This document shows positions 37,185-49,774 of a stretch of DNA of 63,586 bases, in pieces (position 1 is the stretch's first letter; each line of letters opens with the position of its first letter). A program made the translations under genes and the position numbers. The notes beneath the pieces were generated by a model. The model did no database searches. It saw nothing but the letters and a program-made list of their open reading frames with translations, and had not been told where the DNA came from. Origin of the DNA: Hydrolagus colliei (Eukaryota); the NCBI GenBank assembly GCA_035084275.1, contig CM068771.1:5208415-5272000 (forward strand). Reading direction: 5' to 3'.

Positions 37185-37432
37185 CTAGTGACTTGGTGAC
37201 GGCCCTGGTGCCTCGGACATGGCGTGTCTGGCCAGCTCACATGGTAGCAGCAGCCCCACCGCCATCTGGATCTCTAGAGATGATCCGCCGCTTGAAAGTA
37301 AAACTCCTCGCGGGGGAACCGCTCGAAGAGGTCGATGTCAAGCGAGTTCACCACGTTCATGGCCGATGATGACGAAATGTCGGTGTTTGGGTGGACCTGC
37401 CCCAGCTCCCCGCAGACACACGGTATGTAGCT
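37185..37432 (-). pseudogene. Histone H2B pseudogene fragment (histone fold, N-terminal tail absent, frameshifted)
   Basis: SY....QVHPNTDISSSSAMNVVNSLDIDLFERF / KRRIISR(E)IQMAVGLLLPCELARHAMSE(G)TRAVTK aligns with H2B [27 protein letters not shown]...[36 protein letters not shown]. Confidence 0.85.
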
Positions 37433-38269
37433 CTGCATCCTGTACTTGTGGTTTCAGTTTCAGTGTCGGTAACGATAGCAGTTGCGGCGCCTAATCTTTT
37501 TCTCCCCCTTTTCCCCCTTCCCTCCCTCTTCCTTCTTAACCCCCTTTCTCCCCATTGCTCCCTGATTTTGCCCCCTCCCCCCCCACACACACTGATACAA
37601 TAACCGGCCTCATGGTTGTACATGGGGATGTCGCTGTCACTAAAGCAACTGACTGCGAAAACAACAAAGAAAACCAGAGACTCAATGTAAGGATTCCTTA
37701 TTATTGATTTGCTGGAAAACATGATCCTCAGCCATTTCCAAAGCAATCTGTCGCCATTGGCGCTGCCACCATTCTCACTCCTTTGACTTGTGAGCTTCTC
37801 TAACTCTTGTCAGTGTGAATGAATCCTGCTCAAACGTGGATTGATTCCTGTGGAGCTCCAGTAGCTCAGCGGTTGGAGCGCTTGCCTTACAAGTGGGAGA
37901 CCTGCATTCAATTCCAGGCAGGTCAGGGTGAAACCCTGGGCAAGTTTCCACACACACGCAGAGACACACCTAATAATAATCCCACCAAAAAACTATAATA
38001 AATAGGTCATTTTTCATCCACGGCTGTTTGTGGGGACGCTGCTGTGTTCAATTGCATTTTGACCACATACAGTCAATTCAATTGACGGTATATTCTGTGA
38101 ATGCTTTGAGATATCGATAAGATGTGAAAAGTGCTATATCATATGCAAGGATTATTATTGGTGTATTATTATAACCCAGACAGGATTAGTCACTAAACTC
38201 CAATGTCCTGTAACTGGATGTCGAACAGAGGTCTGTGGATGGCTACTCTCTTAACTGCTTTACTGCTTT

Positions 38270-38760
38270 TCTTGTGTTCTTTCACAAGCTGCAGAACATC
38301 CAGAACTCTGCAGCTCGTGCCCTCTCCCACAACAAGCTCCGCGACCACATCACTCCCACCCTCGCCCGGCTCCATTGGCTTCCCATCCCCCAGAGGATCA
38401 GTTCCCCTATGAGCCTCCCCGCCTCCTCTGTTCAGCAGATTCCGGCCTGCTCTATGTCCCCCGCCCGACCATCGGTGGCCGGGCTTTTAGCCTCTCTGAC
38501 CCCACACTCTGGAACTCCATCCCACAGTCCCTTCGCCTTGCTCCCTTCCTGGCCTCCTTCAAGGCCGGTCTCAAGACCCTCCGTTTCGACCGTGCCATCT
38601 GCTGTCCTACCAACTCTCTTCACTCTCCTCCTAACTCTTTCTCACCCCTCCACCCTAATCTGTCCCTCTCCCTTGCTTGGGTCCCGTCCTGACTGTTCAA
38701 CCTCTTGGGACGTCCTCCCGATGTGAAAGACGCTCCATAAATGCAATTTCGTTGTTGTTG
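38270..38760 (+). mobile_element. L2 3' fragment
   Basis: [38 protein letters not shown] and ASFKAGLKTLRFDRA motifs plus tail. Confidence 0.85.
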
Positions 38761-40104
38761 TTATTGATGCAGTCGGTAAACGCAGAGCTGTTTATTAAGA
38801 CTTAGAGACCCTAAGCTACCTTTCGTGTAAGGAACACAACAGTTTACGGTAAACAAAAATGGAATCAAATATAATCTAGCGGCACAGCACATTAGTATAA
38901 AATGATTTAACCAACTTGGCATGCGCAGTAATCCTGTACTCATCAGTCCAAAGCAGATGGTGACTATTAGGCAGGGACTTTGAGGTGCTCCGAGCATTGC
39001 TTTTTGTATGCACATGGTTGCGCCCAACGTATAACGCCCAACGTATAATGCGAGGGCTGTTTCCTGTGTGATTGATCATCCAAAGGTTTCAGGCTGTTTG
39101 TTGACTAACTGTCAATCAAGCAACCTTGAGCCCAGATATTGCTACAACTAAGGCAACTGAGTTTGTTACTTCTTTTTGCAAACAGCTTCTGCAGCTGAAC
39201 TCTTCACAGCATTTCCTGCACCAGAATCCAGTTCAAGGCGCAGTGCTCCCCATTTTTCTTAAATATTTTAAATATATTAGTTACATATTACTACTGAGTG
39301 CCAATGCACGGTAACAGACAGCACAGTAGAGATGCTACAAGTGCCACAAATCATGTTTAAAGTCATAACAGGCAAAATATTTTTTTTTACCAATTACAAA
39401 ATTACATCATTGCAGTGCCTTTCATGGAGGTCATACCAAGGCACTGGACAGTGAGGGATTAGGACCAGAGGGGAGAATGTTGGGATCATGAATGGTGGAG
39501 GCCAAAGAGGAGCATCTTGAGATGGACCATCAAGGAAGCAAGGATGGGGTTGAGAGGAAGGGATTGTGGGATGGAGTTCCAGTGGGTCAGGGTACAGAGG
39601 CCCGCTGATAAAGGTTGGTATCCTGATGATTGAGGATAATCTGATTGAGGTGTTATAATGATAATAGCTACAGATAAACTATTTTCGCTGGTGAGGGAAT
39701 CCAGAACGGGGTGTATCGTCTTAAAATTAGATATTTAGAAATGAAATCAGAAAGCATTTTTTAATATAAAGTCTAGTGGGAATCTGGAACTCTCTACCTA
39801 AAAAGCTGTGGATATGGCTGGATCCATTTATCGTGTCAATACTGGTTTGTTAGATCAGCGTATGAAGTGATATGGGGTAATGGCGGGTAAGTGGAGTTTT
39901 GGTACAGATCAGCTATAGAACGTCCTAAGTTGCTAAATAGCCTCCTGTTCCTATGTGGAAACAGCCAATCTACGGTAAGCTTGCCAAATCTTGTGGCATT
40001 GAACACCTTGATTAGGTCTGCGTGCTGTTGATATATGTGGAACGCCCTCGCCAGGTAGAGTGGCGAAGTATTTTGTGGGGTTGGATCTGGCTTTTTAATG
40101 GAAA

Positions 40105-40679
40105 CTACACCAACAACAATGATGAATACTCACCTTTCAACAAATTTATCCATTTTGAATCGGTCTCAATAGGAGCGATGGTGAGCCAGTTATCATCCAA
40201 GGTAAAAAAGAAGGGGTAGAGAGGCTCTTTGATATCAGTGGTGAGGGCAAAGGTGTGGAGCAGAGAGACCGTGTCAACACTGTAGAAGGAGATCTTGCGC
40301 TCATCATAATTAAGAAGAATCCCCATCTTGCAGGGAATTTGCTCCCTGATGTTCTTGTGTGGGGTGGTGTTGATCTCAAATCGGATAGCGAGACGAAAGA
40401 TGGACCAAACGCCATTGGTTGGTGTCAGGGCCACGAAAGTCTTGCGTTCCACAGACGCCCTGGCCACTCCAATGGCCCAATGATTGTTCCCTTCCACATC
40501 CACCTCCCAGTACCATTTTCCTGATGTGCAACCTACATCTCCTAACACACATTCCCGACCAGTGAACCTGACGTTGCTCAAATTGAACTCTTTTGCTACG
40601 CTTCCCCTTTTCACTCCCTTTCGATTTTTGCTCACCGTCAGTCTGGGATGTGCTGTATCTTCATCCAGTGTCACGTTAA
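40105..40679 (-). CDS. Butyrophilin-type terminal B30.2 exon (BTN-C); upstream exons not present in the sequenced window
   Basis: Phase-1 acceptor paralogous to BTN-A/B; open frame VNVTLDEDTAHP...GKWYWEV...LNYDERKISFY...LLLV*. Its downstream flank resembles the BTN-A and BTN-B flanks. Confidence 0.8.
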
Positions 40680-41720
40680 CTGGGGTGGACACAGAGGGAA
40701 TGTTTTAGTTAGGAGAAGATCACAGGGTATCTGTCCAATGTGTAATCACATCACTGTGATCAGCCGAGTGACTGACACATGCGTAATCCTGTCACCATGA
40801 TCAGCTGGGTGTCTGACACACACATGGAAACCCATCACTGTGATCAGCCAGGTGTCTGACACATGGAAGTCATGCTTGGAATTCTCATACAATTTCTCTA
40901 CTGGTCAGAAGATCAGAGGCAAAAACAAATATTCAACAAAGAAAATAATACAAAATCCTCCTTCAGGCCTAAAATCTGCCAGAGAAACATTGTTATTTTC
41001 AAGGTTTAGGAAATGGCTGACAGTGGTGTGAACAGGCAGTGATGCCAATGGAAGAGGGATGATTGTTCATGTTGGACAACATAGTAGTTCTCTGCAATAC
41101 TTGTTATATGCTGTCATATGCAATTTGCTGAAACCCTGGTCCAGGCCTTTGTCACCTCTCACTGGACTATTGCAACGCCCTCCTTGCCGGTCTCGCCTCC
41201 ACCACAATCCACAAAATCCATCTGATTCAAAACTCTACCGCCCGTGTTCTCACCCGCACCAAACTTCGCTCCCCCATTACCCCAATCATTTCCAGACTTC
41301 ACTGGCTCCCTGTCCCTGAGAGGATCGACTTCAAGATTCTCACCCTTGCTTTCATATCCCTCCACTCCTTTGCACCGCCCTACCTCTCTGATCTCCTCTC
41401 TCCCCAAACCAGCACCCACTGCCTTCGCTCCACCGGTTCTGGCCTCCTCCAGGTCCCCTACTTCCTCCTCTCCAGTCTCGGCACCGTGCCTTCAGCCACT
41501 ATGCCCTGAGGCTCTGGAATCCCTTCCTCACTCCCTTCGTCTCGCCCCGTCTCTTCCCAGTTTCAGATCATAGCTAAAGACCTTTCTCTTTGACCTTGCC
41601 TTGGTCACCTTTCTACCCCTGCCCCTGGCTCAGTCCCGGAATCCATTACTGTGAAGTGCTCTGAGACCCCATCGAGCATGGAGAGCTCTATATAAATCAA
41701 AGTTGTTGTTGGTGTTGTTA

Positions 41721-41920
41721 NNNNNNNNNNNNNNNNNNNNNNNNNNNNNNNNNNNNNNNNNNNNNNNNNNNNNNNNNNNNNNNNNNNNNNNNNNNNNNNN
41801 NNNNNNNNNNNNNNNNNNNNNNNNNNNNNNNNNNNNNNNNNNNNNNNNNNNNNNNNNNNNNNNNNNNNNNNNNNNNNNNNNNNNNNNNNNNNNNNNNNNN
41901 NNNNNNNNNNNNNNNNNNNN
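41721..41920. other. Assembly gap (200 N)
   Basis: Run of N cutting through PRRT1 exon 2. Confidence 1.
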
Positions 41921-44900
41921 TGGCCGTTGAACTGCGTCTCCTGGATGTAGCTGCCGTCCGCGCCGAGCGTCACGGCCGAGGGGTGGGGTGGGGGGCCGTA
42001 CACACCCGGGGGCCCGTGGCTCGAGCCGTCCTGGACAGGGTTGTAGGGCGGGGGGAGACATCATCTGGTGGTGCCCTCCATCCTGCAGGGCTGGGGTGGG
42101 GGGGGGCGGGGGGGGGGAGAACAAGACATGGGGGACAAGGATAGGGGGGGGGGGGGAGGAGACAGAGGTGGTTTTATTTGGGTCAGTGTCTGACACATAA
42201 CAACAACAACAACAAATTGATATTTATACAGCGCCCTTCACGTCAGGACTAGAGTGGAGGGGGGGGGGGGGGGGGGGGGGGGGAGGGAGGGAGGGGGGGT
42301 GGTTCGGAGTAAGGGGAAGGAGAGTAGGAAAGAGAGGGCGGGGGGGGGGTGTGTGGGGGGGTTAGGAGGGCAGCAGAAGGCGCGGTCGAAGAGGAAGGTC
42401 TTGAGACCGGCCTTGAAGGAGGAAAGGGAGGAGGCGAGGGCGGAGGGGCTAGCGGGATGGAGTTCCAGAGTGAGGGGGTGGGGGGTGGGGGGGGCAGAGA
42501 GGCTGGAAGCCCGGCCACCGATGGTAGGGCAGGTCGTGCGGGGGACATGGAGCAGGCCCGAGGCTGCTGAACGCAGGGGACGGGGGAGGCTGACAGGGAG
42601 ACAGCAGGTCGGAGAGATAGGCGTGGGTTTATTAAAGGTTTTTGCGTTGGACTGGAGTAAGGAAACTTGGTCCCAAGGTTTCGCCCTGACCTGCCCGGAT
42701 TCGAGCACAGGTATCAACGCGTGACTGTAAAGCCTGTGACTCTAACCCACTGGGCGACACGAGCTCCACGTTGGAATAACGTGATAATAAGAATCCTTGC
42801 GGTTTGATATCGCGCTTTTCACGTCTTCTAGACTGTGTCTCAACCCCCCCCTCCCCCAACCCCACACTCTCTCTCTCTCTCTCTCTCTAACCCACCCTCC
42901 CACTCACTATTCCCCTCGCCAACCCCCCTCCCCCCCACTCTCCCTCTCCTCCATCCCTCCTCTCTCTCTCTCTCTCTCTCTCTCGCTGCTCTCTGTGTTA
43001 AGACTCTCACTCCCCGCTGAGCTGAGCTGAGAGCTGACAGTGTAATGTGCACCTTTAGGTGAACGCTAATTAAGGGGACATCAGCTGATCCCTTCCTCCC
43101 ATTCTCAGCCTCAGCCCATTTAATTCTTCTTCATTGCATGAATTTCCTCTCTCTCTCTCTCTCTGCTGTCTCTCCCCCTTTTATTCCTGTAGCTCAATGG
43201 GTTAGAGCCACTCGCCTTTACAAGCGAGAGACCTGTGTTCGAATCCAGGCAGGTCAGGGCGAAACCATGGGCAAGTTTCCTTACTCCACACACACACACA
43301 CACACACACATACCCACACACAGGCCTGATAATAAACCCTCCCCCAAAAAACACACAATAATACAATAAAAATTGGTCATTTTCAACCCACGGCTGTTTG
43401 TGTGGGGAGACGCTGCTGTGCGCAATTGGCTGCCGCGTTTTGCCCACAAATATACATACAGTCACTTCACTTTACAGTACATTCTGTGAAGCGCTTTGAG
43501 ACGTCGATAAGATGTGAAAAGCTCTCTAACAAATGCAAGGATTATTCTTACTATCCTCCACTCTCATCTCTCTCCATCCTTCGCGCGCGCTCTCTCTCTC
43601 TCTCTCCCTCCATCTTTCACTCTCTTCCCCTATCTCTCTCCATCTCTCTCTCTCTCTCTCTTTCTCTGTGAGCGAAACGGCTCCCGCACTCGCTTACACA
43701 GCGCACAGTCACTACACTTGGCCCCAAGAGAGAGAGAAAGAGAGAGAGCTGACTCGAACAGAAAAAGAGGACGCAGAGAGACAGAGAGAGAGAGACGGAG
43801 ATGGGGGGGCCATAAAAAAAAGAGAGGAGGGAGAGTGATCGAGAGAGGGAAAGAGCATGAGAGAGGGATAGAACCAGCGTGGGGAGGGGGGCATAGGGGC
43901 GAAAGAGAGAGAGAGAGAGAGAGCGGAAGAGACAGTCACTATAAATAAACCGGGGGACTGTTATTTTCCGAGAGATTGAGAATGGATATGAAAGTGGGAC
44001 AGAAAGTGGGGGAGGAGGGAATGGGAATAGGCAGAGCTGGGCTCCACCCGCCCCCTCCTTCTCCTCCCCCCTCCCATTCCCACCGGGGGATCTATTCACA
44101 CGTCAACCCGGCCTTGATTTGCAACAGCCTCGCACAGCAGCGCCACGTGTCAACCAATCGAGAGACGCTCTCCCAACTCCGAGGGAAAAGACAACAGAGA
44201 AACCTCAGCCGAGCTCCCGCCTCCGAGTCCAAAGATGCGAATAATAATACTAATAATGTATTGCGTTTCACATCGAGCTTTATTAGCCCTCTGGCCTGCT
44301 CCATGTCCCCCCCGCACAACCATCTCTGCTCCCACAGTCCCTTCGCCTCGCTCCCTCCCTCCCTCCCTCTCCTCCTTCAAGGCCGGCCTCAAGACCTTCC
44401 TCTTCGACCGAGCCTTCTGCTGCCCCCCCACCCCCCCAACTCTCTCCCTCCCCTCCTAACTCTCTCCCGCCATTCCCCCCCTGGCCTGCCCCTCTCCCCG
44501 CTCCAGTTCCCGTCGTGACCGTTCAGCACCTCGGGACGTCCTCCTGACGCGAGAGCCAGGAGAGTGAAACTCCCTTCTCTTGTCGAATCGCACGGCGAGA
44601 GATTTTTTAACACCTGAACTCCCGAACGGGGCGCAGACTGGGGAACGAGTTTAACATCTCATCCAAAGGAAGGCATCTCTGATAAAGTAGCACAACCAAC
44701 ACCCCCCCCACCCACCACCCACACCCAGCTCCACATCGGAGCGTCAACTTCGACTGTGACTCCACGCCTACCTTGCGTGCCGTGAATTTTGAGAGCGAAA
44801 TAATAATAATCCTTGCATTTTGATAAGGCGCCTTTCGCGTCTGCTAGACGTCCCAAAGCGCCTCACAGCATACACTGTAAAGTGAAGTGACTGTATATAT

Positions 44901-47900
44901 ATTTGTGGGCGAAACGCGGCAGCCGATTGCGCACAGCAGCGTCCCCCCCCCCCCCCCCCCCCCCCCCACGCACAAACAGTCGTGGGTTGAAAATGACCAA
45001 ATTTATTATTATTATTTCTTTGGACGGATTATTATTAGGCGTGTGTGTGAGTGTGTGTGGTATGTGTGTGTGTGTGTGGAGTAAGGAAACTGGCCCAAGG
45101 TTTTGCCCTGACTTTGACCTGCCTGGATTCGAACACAGGTCTCGCGCTTGTTAGGCGAGCTGCCCCCATTGCATCAATTTTAGTACAGAGTCCCCCGAAG
45201 GGAGACCGATAGCGGAATAGAGATACAACAAAACAATTCGGTTACTCCAGCCACGACTGTTTGCTTGGGGGGGGGGGGGGGGGGGGAAACGCTGCTGTGC
45301 GCAGTCTGCAGGCGCGTTTCGCCCAGAAATGTACGGTCAACACACTTGACGGTGTATTCTGCGAAGCGCTCTGAGACGTCTCGACAACAACAACAAAATT
45401 CCGGAGTGTGGGGGGGCAGAGAGGCTGAAAGATGCGATAAGGCGGCTTATTCGCGCCTTGACCGGCACCGCTTATTTCCACCTGCGCAACATTGCCAGGC
45501 TCCGCAACTATCTCACCCCCCGCGCTGCCGAAACACTCGTGCCCGCGTACATCACCTCACGGCTGGACTACGGAAACTCTCTCCTAGTCGGCCTCCCCAG
45601 CTCCTCCATTCACAGGCTGCAGGTCATTCAAAACTCTGCAGCCCGTGTACTATCCCGCACCCGCCTCCGCGACCACATAACCCCCACCCTCGCCCGTCTC
45701 CACTGGCTCCCCATCCTCCAGAGGATCCAGTTCAAGATCCTCGTCTCCTCACCTACAAGGCCTTGCACGGCCTTGCCCAGCCCTACCTAACCGATCTACT
45801 CTCCCCCTACAAGCCCACCCGGACCCTCCGTTCAACAGGACTTGTCCTGCTCCAAGCCCCCGCCCGAACCCCCCCCCCACCATCGGAGGCCGGGCCTTCA
45901 GTTTCTCCGCTCCCACCCTATGGAATGCCATCCCTCAATCCCTCCGTTTCGCCTCTTCCCTTCCCTCTTTCAAGGCCGGTTTGAAGACTTTCCTCTTCGA
46001 CCGTGCCTTTTGTTCCACTCCGAACTTTTTTACCTCCCCTTCGTGTCTCACCCCTTCCCAAACACTCCCCTCCCAGCTCGGGTCACACGCCTCCTGTGCA
46101 GCGCCTTGGGACGTCCTCCCGACGTGAAAGGCGCTCTATAAATGTAAATTGTTGTTGTTGTTATTAAATGCCAAACTATTGGGTTGACTGATGCATCTGA
46201 TTTCACATCAATCTCGCACCCCCCACCCCCACCCCACCTCCACCCTCCCTTAATTTTTTTTTAACTCTCCTCCTCTCCTCCGAAGATCTACCTCCTTCAC
46301 TACTCCTGTGGTCACCTCCCCCTCCCCTGGCATCTGACCCAGTAACGCTCTGAGACGCTATTCTGTGTAAAAAGTGCCGCGTGAATGAATAATGCGGACA
46401 GAGAGAGAGAGAGTCAGAGGGAGAGGCAGAGAGGGTCAGATACGCCGGCAAAGGCACACAGAGCAAGAGACGCACACACAGAGTCACACACAGAGAGACA
46501 GACAGACACACAGAGAGAGAGAGAGACATGCACAGAGAGAGACAGTGAAAAACAGAGAGAGAGATTCACACACACTCAGTCACACAGAGAGAGAGACACA
46601 CACACACACACACAGAGAGAGACAGTGAAAAACAGAGAGAGATTTACACACACTCAGTCACACAGAGAGAGACACACACACAGAGAGAGACAGTGAAAAA
46701 CAGAGAGAGATTTACACACACTCAGTCACACACAGAGAGAGAGACACACAGAGAGAGACAGTGAAAAACAGAGAGATTTACACACACTCATTCACACAGA
46801 GAGAGAGACACACACAGAGAGAGACAGTGAAAAACAGAGAGATTTACACACACTCAGTCACACAGATAGTGAGAGACACACACAGAGAGAGACAGTGAAA
46901 AACAGAGAGAGATTTACACACACTCAGTCACACAGAGAGAGACTGAAAAACAGAGAGAGATTTACACACACTGAGTCACACAGAGAGAGAGACAGTGAAA
47001 AACAGAGAGAGATTTACACACACTCAGTCACAAAGAGAGACACACAGAGAGAGACAGTGAAAAACAGAGAGAGATTTACACACACTCAGTCACACAGAGA
47101 GAGACAGTGAAAAACAGAGAGAGATTTACACACACTCAGTCACACAGATAGTGAGAGACACACACAGAGAGACACACACACAGAGAGACAGTGAAAAACA
47201 GAGAGAGAGATTTACACACACTCAGTCACACACAGAGAGAGAGAGACATGCACAGAGAGAGACAGTGAAAAACGGAGAGAGATTTACACACACTCAGTCA
47301 CACAGATAGTGAGAGACACACACAGAGAGAGACAGTGAAAAACAGAGAGAGATTTACACACACTCAGTCACACAGAGAGACACACAGAGAGACAGTGAAA
47401 AACAGAGAGAGAGATTTACACACACTCAGTCACACACAGAGAGAGACACACAGAGAGAGACAGTGAAAAACAGAGAGAGAGATTTACACACACTCAGTCA
47501 CACACAGAGAGAGACACGCGGGGAAAGACAGAGAGGGAGATACAGAGTGAGGACAGAGAGGGAGAAACGGAGATAGAGACACACACAAAGAGAAACGGTG
47601 AGAGATAGAGAGACAGAAACAGACACAGAGTGAAATACAGAGAGAGGGGGGGGAGGGAGAGATACACACACAGCGTCACTGAGAGAGTGAGACACACCGA
47701 GAAAGATAGAGAGTGAGAAACCGAGATAGAGAGCGACACGCACACGGAGTGAGAGACAGAGACACAGAGTGAGAAACGGAGGCAGAGAGAGACAGACACA
47801 CAGAGAGAGACAGACAGAGAGTGAGAAACAAGAGACCGTGAGACGCGGAGAGAGTCAGACAGAGACTGAAAAACGGAAAGAGACACACACACGCACACAC

Positions 47901-49567
47901 ACACACACAGAGAGACTGAGAGAGAGAGAGAGAGAGACAGAGAAAGAGAGAGATGAGGGGGGCAGGGAGAGAGGAAATGGGGTGTTACGTCAGAAACTAC
48001 AACAGGGCAAAATATAGGCAACCTTTAGAGTTGACGGGGGGGGGGGGGGGGGGTAGGGGAGGGGGAGAGATCTGGGAGTGTGGGGGAGTAAGGAGATCAT
48101 GTGTGGATTTGAAGGCATTGACGCCAACGTCGATTCATTGATTTAGCCTCTGAGGAAAAGGCTGTATTTCGTCTCTTTCTTCCTCCTTGTTTTTCGCCAC
48201 CAAATAATTTGGAGGATATTGTTATTTAACTGCGTTCTGTCTCCGCGTGAAAAAAAAAACCCCTCATTAAAGGCCTCAAAGAATCGAGTCTCTGTTCGAA
48301 CGCTGTGTCCACGCAAGATGGTTCAAGACTGTTACGGGGAGACACCGAGAGGCACAGGGAGAGAGACAGACACACACACACAGATAAGGAGAGAGACAGA
48401 GATACACACAGACGTACACAAACACACACACACAGGGAGAGAGACACACAGAGAGAGAGATACATACACACACACACACACAGGGAGACCCCCACACAAA
48501 AAACAGAGATGGACATATGACAAGATGCGCTTTAAAGAGGCAGAGAGAGCGAAAGAGACACACACACACAAACACACATAGATCGACAGAGATGGATACA
48601 CACACAGATGCAGATAAATAGAGAGATCAATATGAGAGACAGAGCGAGAGAGATACACACACACACACACACACAGAGATGGAATCACACACAGATACAC
48701 AGAGAGAGATAGACAGCGAAAGAGAGAGACACACACACACACACAGACAGACACAGATGAATACACACAGATACAGGTCACACTGTGAAGATTGACACAG
48801 AGACACATATACACACAGCCATATGCGATGGACACACACACACACACACACATACAGATAAACAGAGACCAATTGAGGATAAACACAGAGTAAGAGACAC
48901 ACACACACACCCACACACAGGCAGGCAGAAATGCACACACAGACAGATAAACAGAAATCACTGTAGGTAGACACACACATACACACACACAGAGATGGAC
49001 ACACAGATACAGTCAAACAGATAGATCGATGCAGATAAGACAGAAACAGACAGACACACACACACACACATATGGATAAACAGAGAGAGATCAATACCGA
49101 TAGACACAGAGCGAGAGTGAGACACACACGCATAGATAGACAGAGACGGACACACAGGTACAGACCAACCGAGAGATGACTGCAGATGGACACAGAGTCA
49201 CACACACACACACACAGAGATATAGATGAAGAGAAATCAATACAAATAGACAACAGAGCGAGAGAGAGAGAGACACACACACACAAAAACATAGACAGAG
49301 ACAGACACAGGCAGATACAGACGAACCGAGAGATGACTGCAGATGGACACAGAGACACACACACAGATACACAGAGATGGACACAGGCACTCAGCTACAG
49401 ATAAACAGAGAGATCAATACAGATAGGCTGGACAGACACCCACACTCATAGATAAACACACAGACACACACACATACAGACACACACACACACATACACA
49501 CATACAGACACACACACACACATACACAAGACACACATAAATTGTTACCATGTTTTTCTGTCGACAT
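41921..49567 (-). CDS. PRRT1: Proline-rich transmembrane protein 1 (SynDIG4), 5' part: exon 1 at 49549-49567 and start of exon 2 at about 42090-41921
   Basis: A 19-nt first exon MSTEKH+G|gtaac matches human MSSEKSG. Exon 2 gives SPPPYNPVQ and DGSYIQETQFNG, matching human TSPPPYNAPQ and PDPYLQETRFEG. PRRT1 neighbours FKBPL in the human MHC. A 1-nt indel is needed in the G6 run at 42050-42055. TM exons are not seen. Confidence 0.8.
45455..46165 (+). mobile_element. L2 LINE 3' fragment in PRRT1 intron 1
   Basis: AYFHLRNIARLRNYL...YITSRLDYGNSLLVGLP...[30 protein letters not shown], followed by the tail. Confidence 0.9.
46540..47510. repeat. About 45-55 bp minisatellite (GAGACAGTGAAAAACAGAGAGAGATTTACACACACTCAGTCACACAGA) flanked by degenerate (GA/CA)n
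   Basis: Roughly 18 visible tandem copies with variable microsatellite spacers. Confidence 0.9.
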
Positions 49568-49739
49568 CTTTGTGAGGGATGGTGTGTTGAGATTCTGCAG
49601 GGTTCTGTCTAACCGATCGGCACCCCCTTCCCCTCCCCTCCCTCCCTCCCTCCCCTCCCTCCCTCCTTTGCGGAGTAGTGCTGACAGATTGCTGATGATG
49701 GGCCCAGCCTGTTCAGCGTGAGAGAAAAAAATAATGGGG

Positions 49740-49774
<35 letters not shown>

